32,000 nt of DNA from Candidatus Heimdallarchaeota archaeon B3_Heim (GTDB lineage Archaea > Asgardarchaeota > Heimdallarchaeia > Hodarchaeales > Hodarchaeaceae). Where the stretch lies: positions 1 to 32,000 of the forward strand of contig NJBF01000014.1 of NCBI GenBank assembly GCA_003144275.1, given 5' to 3'. The position numbers and the translations under genes were made by a program. This document shows positions 18,672 through 27,451 of the stretch, piece after piece (the first letter of the stretch is position 1; every line of letters starts with the position of its first letter). Under the pieces are notes generated by a model, which was not told the origin of the DNA, searched no databases, and worked only from the letters and a program-made list of their open reading frames with translations.

Positions 18672-19343
18672 TTAATCCCACACTGTTGAGTCAAGGACTT
18701 TTGAGGCGATATTTACTCCTAAATCGCCTAGAAATGATAAGTCTGAACTATCTTTCGGAGTACCTAATCTTATACATTTATCCTCATTTACGATTGTAAT
18801 TCCATCATGGGGATCGATCTGGACAAGTGAGGTTTCTCCCTTTCGCACTGATATCTTCTTTTTATGGATTAAAACAATTTGGTCAGTTGATCCAAGTAGA
18901 AATAAATTACTTTTACCGAAAATAATGTATTTTGCCTCGGAGTCTTTATCAATCTGAATCTTGGTTTCTTTATTGGTTAAAGATTTTCTGAGCTTGTAAA
19001 TTAGTTTGTTTGCCTCGCTCCATATACCTTCTGTCTCGTTTGAATCCCCATTAACTCTATATAAAGATTCTTGGACGTCTTCTAGTTTTAATCCGAGAAT
19101 AACCAAACTTGATCCTATAAATTCAGTTGTTTCACCTATAGCTCCATGAGATTGTGTATAAATGACTGAATCCACAATGATACCAATTTTTCCAATCAAA
19201 ACAACCCCATTCAGTTCAGAATTACTTTGGAGTTCAACAAAATGCAATTTTTCGAGATTTCTTACTTTGAAGTATTTTTCATCAAGAATCTCAGGAGAGC
19301 CTCTCCAGGAATATAACTCATCCCCTAGTTCGAGTCTGATCAA
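18672..19343 (-). CDS. Hypothetical beta-rich protein, co-transcribed with the wHTH regulator
   Basis: 223-aa ORF starting 5 nt after the regulator's stop; host-like composition; no motif recognised. Confidence 0.7.
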   Translation of the reverse strand: MIRLELGDELYSWRGSPEILDEKYFKVRNLEKLHFVELQSNSELNGVVLIGKIGIIVDSVIYTQSHGAIGETTEFIGSSLVILGLKLEDVQESLYRVNGDSNETEGIWSEANKLIYKLRKSLTNKETKIQIDKDSEAKYIIFGKSNLFLLGSTDQIVLIHKKKISVRKGETSLVQIDPHDGITIVNEDKCIRLGTPKDSSDLSFLGDLGVNIASKVLDSTVWD

Positions 19344-19348
19344 TATAG

Positions 19349-20137
19349 TTATTCCTCCTCTTCATATTTAGAGTCTGATTCCTCTTCGTCAATAATAATT
19401 GGAACGCTTACTGGTTTTTTTGCTCTATGATAAAGAAATTCTGCTAGCTTTAATGCTTCACGTCCTGCAAAGGTTAACATGTATCTTTCTCTTACTCCTT
19501 CTTGATGGACCAACCCTTCATCTTTGAGGATTGTAATATGATGTTTGAAGTTACCACCCCGAATATTTGTCTTTTCAGATAGATCAGATTGACGCAAAGG
19601 CTCTTTCTCTAACTCTTTCAACATTTGTAATCGTTTTTGATCAGATAATGCACTTAGAAGTTCAGCGCCTCGTTGATAAAATTGATCTAATTCTTCTTCA
19701 GGAATTGAAGCGTACATGTCGGTTTTATCACGTTTACTCCTTCTTGTGCGAGGAGTTGCCGAGGAATGGAATAAAGTTCCAACAGATTGATCTATTGAAT
19801 CCCAAACGGATTCTAATATACTTCCAATATATCGTTCCAGTGATGAACCAATATTTTCGCCCCAATCTTTCCAATCTTCTTCATCCCGTGATCTGCGATG
19901 TGGGCGTCTCCGACTTCGAGTTTTTTTTCCTGTCTTTATTTCTGAATCCTTTACATGTTCGATTTCTTCTCGGATATCATGAAATTCATCTCGAATTTCC
20001 TTTTTTAGGTCGCGGAAGAGATTCTTTATTTCATCAAAGTCCCCAGAATTTCTCTTGGATGAAAATTCATCCTCGTCTTTTTCAAATTTATCTGTCAATA
20101 ATTGATCCTCCAGAAAGTAATCTACATTTTCACTCAA
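19349..20137 (-). CDS. ArsR/SmtB-type winged-HTH regulator with a long charged N-terminal region
   Basis: C-terminal LLSALSDQKRLQMLKELEKEPLRQSDLSEKTNIRGGNFKHHITILKDEGLV...YMLTFAG is an ArsR-like wHTH. TTG start; no cysteines. Confidence 0.85.
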   Translation of the reverse strand: MSENVDYFLEDQLLTDKFEKDEDEFSSKRNSGDFDEIKNLFRDLKKEIRDEFHDIREEIEHVKDSEIKTGKKTRSRRRPHRRSRDEEDWKDWGENIGSSLERYIGSILESVWDSIDQSVGTLFHSSATPRTRRSKRDKTDMYASIPEEELDQFYQRGAELLSALSDQKRLQMLKELEKEPLRQSDLSEKTNIRGGNFKHHITILKDEGLVHQEGVRERYMLTFAGREALKLAEFLYHRAKKPVSVPIIIDEEESDSKYEEEE

Positions 20138-20157
20138 AATATGTATGAAGATTACAA

Positions 20158-20198
20158 TTTACACGAATGTGTAAAAGTCTTACTATTTCTTTTATAAA
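20158..20198 (-). promoter_or_regulatory. Promoter of the wHTH operon: TATA box TTTATAAA (20191-20198) and palindromic operator TTTACAC-N4-GTGTAAA (20158-20175)
   Basis: Perfect 7-bp inverted repeat centred ~25 nt downstream of the TATA box, at the expected transcription start. A purine-rich BRE-like stretch precedes the TATA on the minus strand. Confidence 0.65.
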
Positions 20199-20316
20199 CT
20201 CTCCTCTTTTGGCAAAAAATTAGAACTGAAGTCTTACCTGAATTAGTTAAAACAGTAGAAATACTGAAATTCTGTCAGAAAATATCAATAAGTGAAACAG
20301 TTTGCAGGAAATGAGA

Positions 20317-21645
20317 TTAAATAACTGTTGATAGCAGTAATAACCAAATTGTTCCAAGAAACAAATGTATAAGACCTAAAAGACCACCTATTTTCATAAA
20401 TAGCATGAATGAGATGGGTGAACCTTCTCTATTTGATAAATTGATGGCTAAAATATTAGCAGGGCTTCCAATAGGTAGAACATAACCTCCTATGTTAACG
20501 GCAATTACCAAAGCCCACCATTGAATAGGGCCTATAATTCCAGCCTCTTGAAGATCAAAGAAAACTGGTGCAAGAGCTGCTGAAATTGGTATATTATCGA
20601 CAACGGCTGATATTATTCCGATTCCAAATGAAATAAATGGTAGAGAGAAGATTAGGGGTAGTTCTAGAAACGGTGTTAGGATTTCTCCCAAAATCTTTAA
20701 GAGACCCAGAAGTTCTATCGATCCTACAAGAATAAATAACCCCATAATGAAATAAATCGAAATCCATTCAACATCTTCAAATACTTCTTTTGGGTGCATT
20801 CCTGAAAAAAGTAATAAGCATGCAGCAATGAGAAGAGCGATTTCTGCCGCTTTCAAATTGATTATACTTCCAAATATAAAGCCTATTACTAAAGTAATCA
20901 ATCCAATAATTACTACAAAGAAAGTTCTTCTGTCTTCAACTAAAATATTTGGGTCAAGAAGAAATATGTCCTCTACTAGGATTTTCGGAGGATCTACGAA
21001 AGAACTACGGGCAAAAAGATAATAAACTGGGATTGCAGTGATAAAAAGTATAATACTTAACGGACCCATTACTACAACAAAGTCAAGGAAACTAGCACCG
21101 CTTTTTTCCGCAAGTACAATATTTGGGATACTACCAACAAGAGAGGATATCGAAGCAAAATTAGCTGTTATTGCTTCTATAATAAGCATTGGTCGGAAAT
21201 CAAATTCTAAAATCTTGTAAATCTCCACTGTTAAGGGTGCGATTATTAGCATCGTGGTTATTACATCAAAAACAAAGCTGATCACAAATGTTAAAAGCGA
21301 TAATGATAGTAAGAGTGTTCTTGGATTACCTTTAGTAAACCTTACAATTAAAATAGAAATGTACTGAAATAAGCCTGATTTACTTGAAATAATGGTAATT
21401 ATCATCATTGCCGTTATAAAAATTATAGTATTCCATTCTACTTTGGCAACAATTGTATGAAATTCTATTGGATGACCTTCAAACGGCCATTGGCTTACGA
21501 TGAGCAGAATGGATAATGCACTTGCCCCTAGAAGTGCCGAAATTGGTCGATGTAGTTTTTCGCTCGAAATTAGAATGTAAGTTGCTATGAAGATTAAAAG
21601 GCCGATAAGTTGCACTGTTTGATCTTCCATTAAGAACCACTTCAT
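20317..21645 (-). CDS. ArsB/NhaD/SLC13 (ion transporter superfamily) permease
   Basis: Roughly 11-13 hydrophobic segments; motifs SKSGLFQYI, SLVGSIPNIVL, AVVDNIPI, GGYVLPIGSPANIL. Confidence 0.88.
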   Translation of the reverse strand: MKWFLMEDQTVQLIGLLIFIATYILISSEKLHRPISALLGASALSILLIVSQWPFEGHPIEFHTIVAKVEWNTIIFITAMMIITIISSKSGLFQYISILIVRFTKGNPRTLLLSLSLLTFVISFVFDVITTMLIIAPLTVEIYKILEFDFRPMLIIEAITANFASISSLVGSIPNIVLAEKSGASFLDFVVVMGPLSIILFITAIPVYYLFARSSFVDPPKILVEDIFLLDPNILVEDRRTFFVVIIGLITLVIGFIFGSIINLKAAEIALLIAACLLLFSGMHPKEVFEDVEWISIYFIMGLFILVGSIELLGLLKILGEILTPFLELPLIFSLPFISFGIGIISAVVDNIPISAALAPVFFDLQEAGIIGPIQWWALVIAVNIGGYVLPIGSPANILAINLSNREGSPISFMLFMKIGGLLGLIHLFLGTIWLLLLSTVI

Positions 21646-21957
21646 TTATTCTCGCAATTCAGATTTAAAATTTGATCGTATTTCCTAGCTAAAAAGAATT
21701 TTGGTAGGATGACATGGGGAGGGAAATAAAATAATTTTTTATATCTAATGTTTGAAGTAATCGAAATACGGGTTGTGTAGGAATTCAGGAGTGAATTCTT
21801 GTTATGATACACGGATTAGACACTAAAGGTTTTGAATTGCCCCTCTAATTACTGACATTGAATCTAGAATATTCTGTTTTAAATCTGGGAATTCCATTAG
21901 TTTTTGTTACAATAGGTTAGACGACTATTCTTGAAGTGAATGGTTGATTTGTTCTCT

Positions 21958-23367
21958 TCATTGATGAATAGGTCTGCCAAGGGCACATAGAACAGCTTCC
22001 TTAAGTGATTCATAAACCACAGGATGGGCATGTTGTACTTTGATCAAATCTTCCGCTTTCATTCGATTGGCTACTGCTAAAGTTCCTTCTGAAATTATTT
22101 CAGTTGCATAAGGACCAATAATATGAACACCAACAATCTCTGTAGTTTTTGCATCTAATATAACTTTTACAAATCCTCTGTTGTGGCCAGCAATAATTGC
22201 TCTACCATTACCTTGAAATGGAAATTTGCCAACTAGAATGTCGTCAAAAATTTCACGTGCGTTCTCCTCGGAATGTCCCACAGAAGAAACTTCGGGATTC
22301 GTGAAAATTGTGCTTGGAATGGCGTGGTAACTCATTTCGACATCATGACCGAGTGCATTTTCAACAGCTACCTCACCTTCTTGAGAAGCGGTATAAGCAA
22401 GCATTGGTGAGGGAACTCCCTGTACCACGTCACCGGCAGCATAGATATCAGGGACATTTGTTTCCATTCGTTCATTTACGAAAATTCCCCGATCATATTT
22501 AATTCCAGCCGCCCTCAGATTTAATCCATCTATACATGGAATTCGGCCGATAGATACTAAAACGAATTCAGCTTCAATATTATGTTCTTTCCCTTCTTCA
22601 TCAGTAAACGTTACTCGTTTATTTCCTGCAGGCGTATCTGAAATACGAGTCACACGAGAACTTGTGTGAACCCCAATACCAATTCTTTTGAATGAAGCTT
22701 TTAATTCCTCACCTAGGTCAGCATCTTCCATAGGGAGTAAACGGGGAAGCATTTCGACTACTGTGACATCTGTTTCTTCAAAACATCTGAATACACAGGC
22801 AAACTCACCTCCCACTACTCCTCCTCCAATTACGATTAGACTTTGTGGTAGGCTACCGATTTCCAGCATTTCCTTACTGGTTAATACTTTAGCACCATCA
22901 ATTCCAGGAATTGGAACAAAGAATGGTTTGCTTCCTGATGCAATCACCGTTTTTTTAGTAGTTACTTTGAAATTTGTTTCTAATGATGAAACTGAGATTG
23001 TGTGCGCATCCAAAAATCTTCCTTCACCATTTAGTATCCGAATGTTATTCTTCTTCATCAGAAAATTTACCCCCCTAACCAGTCGCTTAACAATCATGGT
23101 TTTTCTTTTCAGAATACTCTGAAAATCCACTCCTATATATTCTGATTTAAGACCAAATCTTGCCATTTCTCGTAATGATTTACAGTGTTTTGCGGATTGT
23201 ACAAAAACTTTTGTTGGAATACAACCTCGATTGAGACAGGTACCCCCAATTTGTCCTTTTTCAACTATAACTACATTTGCTCCTAGTTGAGCAGCACGAA
23301 TAGCCGCAACATAACCAGCAGGGCCACCACCAATGATTGTAATATCAGTAGCAATTGATTCTTCCAT
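21958..23367 (-). CDS. lpdA: Dihydrolipoamide dehydrogenase (E3)
   Basis: IGGGPAGYVAA (FAD), GGTCLNRGCIPTK (redox disulfide), IGGGVVGGE (NAD), AAGDV, HAHPVVYE (His-x4-Glu). Confidence 0.93.
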   Translation of the reverse strand: MEESIATDITIIGGGPAGYVAAIRAAQLGANVVIVEKGQIGGTCLNRGCIPTKVFVQSAKHCKSLREMARFGLKSEYIGVDFQSILKRKTMIVKRLVRGVNFLMKKNNIRILNGEGRFLDAHTISVSSLETNFKVTTKKTVIASGSKPFFVPIPGIDGAKVLTSKEMLEIGSLPQSLIVIGGGVVGGEFACVFRCFEETDVTVVEMLPRLLPMEDADLGEELKASFKRIGIGVHTSSRVTRISDTPAGNKRVTFTDEEGKEHNIEAEFVLVSIGRIPCIDGLNLRAAGIKYDRGIFVNERMETNVPDIYAAGDVVQGVPSPMLAYTASQEGEVAVENALGHDVEMSYHAIPSTIFTNPEVSSVGHSEENAREIFDDILVGKFPFQGNGRAIIAGHNRGFVKVILDAKTTEIVGVHIIGPYATEIISEGTLAVANRMKAEDLIKVQHAHPVVYESLKEAVLCALGRPIHQ

Positions 23368-23601
23368 TTAATACCAACTCTGTACTTAGTAATGTTCGAT
23401 AATACCTATTGGTATTCCTTTAAATTAATTCTTTAGTTGCATTGTAGCAAATACCTCTAACTAGATATTCGTAATAAAAATCTAAAATTTATATTGAGGT
23501 ATCAATGTAAGGAAGAATTTTACCCTGATTCTCGATTTAAATATCCACCAGTTAATCTACTGTTGGATAAGTGATTTTTATTCAGTCCCACCTCATGAGG
23601 A

Positions 23602-25629
23602 TTATTTTCTTTTCTTTGTTTTTCTTTGAACCAGTTTTGGTACTTTTCTCGTTTCAGGTCTTTCTAAAGCCAGTATCATATCCCTTATCTCTGCAGCTTT
23701 CTCAAATTCCAGATTTTTCGCTGCAAGCCGCATTTCATCTTTTAATGCTTTAAGATACTCTGGTAAGTTTTCTTTTGGAATTTTCTCTCTTTTAATATCC
23801 GTAAAACTCGTTTCTAGTTCAATCAGCGGTGATCGAATCTGCTTTGTTATTGTCTTTGGCGTAAGTCCCATTTTTTCGTTGAACTTAAGCTGAATACGTC
23901 GTCTTCGCTTTGTTTCTCTGATAGCGGCTTCCATAGACTCTGAAATTCTGTCGGCATAGAATATTACTCTACCATGTACATTTCTGGAAGCACGCCCAAT
24001 TGTTTGTATCAGAGCTCTTTCATTTCGCAAAAAACCCTGTTTGTCCGCATCAAGAATGGCGACTAAGGAAACTTCAGGAAGATCAAGACCTTCACGCAAT
24101 AAATTTATTCCCACTAATACATCGAAGTCTCCTAAGCGGAGTGATCGTAGAATGTCTGTTCTTTCCAAAGTTTTTATCTCGGAATGTAGATATCTTGATC
24201 GAATTCCTATTTCATCAAAGTAATCTGCTAGATTTTCTGCCATTCGTTTTGTTAATGTAGTTACTAGTGTTCTCTCCCCTTTTTCAGTAGTCTTTTGAAT
24301 TTCAGTGACTAAATCATCAATATGATTTGGTAAATTTAGCCGTACTATAATTTCAGGGTCTACCAGCCCAGTTGGTCGTATTATTTGCTCTACAACGTTA
24401 TTTTTTCCACTCTTATGTAACTCATACTGACTAGGAGTCGCACTAAGAAAAATTGTTGTACCCATTCCTTCTTCAAACTCACTAAAAGTTAATGGTCGGT
24501 GATCGTAAGCAGAGGGCAAACGAAACCCATAATCAATAAGATTCCTTTTCCTTGAAAAATCCCCTTCTCTCATTCCCCCTATTTGAGGGATTGTCATATG
24601 TGATTCATCAACAATGAGTAAATAATTATCAGAGAAGAAGTTAAATAATGTGGCTGGAGGGTCACCTGGTTCCCTTCCATCGAAATATCTAGAATAATTT
24701 TCCATCCCTGGAGCATATCCTATTTGGTCAATCAACTCCAGATCATATTGAGTCCGTTGTTGCAGACGTTGAGCTTCAACGAGTTTATTCTGCTTAGTTA
24801 ATTCACTAAGCCGTTCCTTTAATTCTTTTCGAATATCACCAAGTACAGCTTGTAATTCCTCCTTTGGCCTTACATAGTGTTTTGCAGGAAAAATATATGT
24901 ACGCTCCAATTCTGTAATACGTTTACCAGAAACGGGATGAATTATTGAAATACGTTCAATCTCATCTCCAAACAATTCTATACGGACAGCTGTATCATCA
25001 TAGACGGGCCATATATCGATAATATCCCCTTTTGATCGAATCTTCCCCCTTGTAAGTGCAATCTCATTCCTTTCATAGAGAATTTCTATCAAGTGAGATA
25101 AAATTTTCTCTTTGGTTATCTGCATACCCTTGTGAGCAGAAAAGCTCATATTTTTGTAATGTTCAGGTTTTCCAAGGCCATATATACAAGAAACTGATGC
25201 TACAACGAGTACATCGTCCCGTTCCAATAAACTCCTGGTAGTTGACGCACGCATTTTGTCAATTTCCTCATTTATATCAGAGTCCTTTTCTATATAGCGA
25301 TCAGGAGTGGGAAGATACGCTTCTGGTTGATAATAATCATAAAAAGATACAAAATATTCTACTGCATTTTCTGGAAAATATTCTTTAAATTCTTGATATA
25401 ATTGGGCAGCAAGAGTTTTATTATGAGAAATCACTAGAGTAGGCTTATTGATTTTTTCAACAACATTTGCTACTGTAAACGTCTTACCTGAACCTGTAAC
25501 TCCTAATAAGGTTTGAAAAGTTTTCCCAGCCTTTATTCCCTCTACTAATGATTGGATTGCCTGAATTTGATCTCCACGTGGTTTAAACTCAGAAACTAAC
25601 TTGAATTTTGACAGTAGAATACTCTCCAA
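23602..25629 (-). CDS. uvrB: Excinuclease ABC subunit B
   Basis: GVTGSGKT, DYYQPEAY beta-hairpin, VDESH, SATP, INLLREGLDLPEV, QTIGRASRN, C-terminal UVR coil EMRLAAKNLEFEKAAEIRD. Confidence 0.97.
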   Translation of the reverse strand: MESILLSKFKLVSEFKPRGDQIQAIQSLVEGIKAGKTFQTLLGVTGSGKTFTVANVVEKINKPTLVISHNKTLAAQLYQEFKEYFPENAVEYFVSFYDYYQPEAYLPTPDRYIEKDSDINEEIDKMRASTTRSLLERDDVLVVASVSCIYGLGKPEHYKNMSFSAHKGMQITKEKILSHLIEILYERNEIALTRGKIRSKGDIIDIWPVYDDTAVRIELFGDEIERISIIHPVSGKRITELERTYIFPAKHYVRPKEELQAVLGDIRKELKERLSELTKQNKLVEAQRLQQRTQYDLELIDQIGYAPGMENYSRYFDGREPGDPPATLFNFFSDNYLLIVDESHMTIPQIGGMREGDFSRKRNLIDYGFRLPSAYDHRPLTFSEFEEGMGTTIFLSATPSQYELHKSGKNNVVEQIIRPTGLVDPEIIVRLNLPNHIDDLVTEIQKTTEKGERTLVTTLTKRMAENLADYFDEIGIRSRYLHSEIKTLERTDILRSLRLGDFDVLVGINLLREGLDLPEVSLVAILDADKQGFLRNERALIQTIGRASRNVHGRVIFYADRISESMEAAIRETKRRRRIQLKFNEKMGLTPKTITKQIRSPLIELETSFTDIKREKIPKENLPEYLKALKDEMRLAAKNLEFEKAAEIRDMILALERPETRKVPKLVQRKTKKRK

Positions 25630-25758
25630 TAAGATAATTATGATAAATGTCTTATAAATATTGATGCTGGTAATAAAATCAGCTTTTTATATTGTAAGAA
25701 TTCCTCAAATTATAGGAACTGATCGATTCACGGTGTCAAAAAGTACAGAGGATCAAAT

Positions 25759-26433
25759 GTGTTTGATAGAAAAATTCGAATATCAATTCTAGGGAATACT
25801 GGGGTGGGCAAAACAACTTTAATTGATAGAATGAAAGGAACAGAGGTTCGAATATTAAGAAGTAAGAAAACTTACGATATTGACATTGAACAAAAAAAAA
25901 TTAGACTTCAAAGTTCTAATTCATTCCCATGGTATCATCCTGAAGCCTATCGTAAATATCAAATCCTCGCTATCGACAATCCAGGAGAAATTAAATTTCG
26001 AAGACAATGGAGAGAGGTTCTACGGACATTTAACACCGATGGAATGCTTTTTTTACTTGATCCGCAACAATCAATCGATTCCACTCGTCTGGTGATGGAG
26101 GATGCTTACAACTATTTTTTGGATTCGATTGATCTGAAACCTGATAAAGCTGATGAAAAGGCCGAATTCAAGAAGTATATTTTTCATTTTGTTGTAAATA
26201 AATGTGATACTTATTTATCAATCCCATTTGAGGGTAAGAGTTTCCAACTCACACCTGAGGTAAAAGATCATGCTGTAGAATTTCTTTCACAATTTGCATC
26301 AACTATAGAAATATACAAAGAAACATTTCCTCTATCAAACATTGGAATATCTTATATATCCGCTCTTTACAGTCCCTATAGTGAGATTGATAAGTTGTTT
26401 GAAATTTTGAAAGTATATCTTTATGAGACTTAA
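25759..26433 (+). CDS. Small GTPase, Arf/Sar-like switch II region
   Basis: G1 GNTGVGKTT, G3 IDNPGEIKFRRQW, DGMLFLLD, G4 VVNKCD, G5 ISAL. Confidence 0.85.
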   Translation: MFDRKIRISILGNTGVGKTTLIDRMKGTEVRILRSKKTYDIDIEQKKIRLQSSNSFPWYHPEAYRKYQILAIDNPGEIKFRRQWREVLRTFNTDGMLFLLDPQQSIDSTRLVMEDAYNYFLDSIDLKPDKADEKAEFKKYIFHFVVNKCDTYLSIPFEGKSFQLTPEVKDHAVEFLSQFASTIEIYKETFPLSNIGISYISALYSPYSEIDKLFEILKVYLYET

Positions 26434-26447
26434 GAAAAGGTCCTCTC

Positions 26448-27272
26448 TTATCTTGGAGCAACAGAAGGAGTGATAAGTTTCACGACTTCATTGATTGTAC
26501 AAGTCTTAGGTTCAAACCTTATTTCTGTTCCTTTTTTCTTTTTTTCAGTTATTAATGATGACTGTAACAGACTTAGCATACGAAATTTTCTAAGTAATGG
26601 ACTAATTATGCTGAAAGAAATACTTTGATATTCAGTAATAAGCTTGGCCTGATCGAATAAGATGGTTTGTAAATCCTGATGTAGATTTAAAAATCTGGGA
26701 AAGTCTCTATTGATTATATCAAGAGCAGCTTTTGATTTCTCTTCTTCCGCTTCCCCATCTGTGTGATATGCTCCGATTACCTTTTGTTTGAATGGAACAA
26801 AGACATTTTTATCAAAAGTCGCTACAGTTGTCGTAATTGAATCTTCTTGTTGTTCTGCAAGCTTATAAAACTCTTCGTATACATTTGGATGTAATGGGTG
26901 TAAATTATAAAAACCAGGCCCCATTTCATTATCAATAAAGGGTAACATATTACCATATATGAAATCAAGAGCAGTTTTTGTCAATTTCTGATCCGAATCA
27001 CTTGGAAGAAAATTGATTTCAGTTCTTCCTCCACAGATTTGTCGGAAAAGTTGAAAACTATCGAGATTCGATTCAGGTGGGAGTTTAGTAAATACACCAA
27101 GTCCTTCAGAAGGATGTAAGACTAAGAAATCCGTTATCGAATTTGCTAGTTTATATTGCACTAGATTTTGAGATATTTCAAAGTGACCCCGACGGCCTAC
27201 GACAAGTTGTTTTTTCCGCCCGACTATCTCAAAAGGTGGGCACATGAAAAAATATCGTTTTTCCTTTTCCAC
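26448..27272 (-). CDS. Hypothetical protein (274 aa)
   Basis: Long ORF with host-like composition, convergent on the GTPase with a 14-nt gap; no motif recognised. Confidence 0.7.
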   Translation of the reverse strand: MEKEKRYFFMCPPFEIVGRKKQLVVGRRGHFEISQNLVQYKLANSITDFLVLHPSEGLGVFTKLPPESNLDSFQLFRQICGGRTEINFLPSDSDQKLTKTALDFIYGNMLPFIDNEMGPGFYNLHPLHPNVYEEFYKLAEQQEDSITTTVATFDKNVFVPFKQKVIGAYHTDGEAEEEKSKAALDIINRDFPRFLNLHQDLQTILFDQAKLITEYQSISFSIISPLLRKFRMLSLLQSSLITEKKKKGTEIRFEPKTCTINEVVKLITPSVAPR

Positions 27273-27451
27273 AGTTAAGATCCTCTTTAATTAATTTTAT
27301 TAAATGATATTTTCCTTTCTTCTTGAGGAGTATGAGACTTTTATTGAAATCAGGGATCACCTCTTATATCTTATATCATTTCACGCAACGAATAAAAAAC
27401 CAATAAATTCTAAGTATAGATCTTTAAAAGTACAAGATGGATATGACATGA

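Noticed and set aside
19567-20148. 193-aa + strand ORF
   Set aside because: Antisense shadow of the wHTH gene; F/L/Q-rich composition mirrors GAA/AAA codons on the other strand.
19349-21645. Arsenic-resistance (arsR-arsB) operon
   Set aside because: The regulator has no cysteines, no arsC/arsA/arsD is present, the genes are separated by their own promoter, and the permease family has many substrates.
21646-21957. Hidden gene or structured RNA in the 312-bp gap between the permease and lpdA
   Set aside because: No convincing ORF or stable hairpin found by eye; a covariance-model search would be needed to exclude it.
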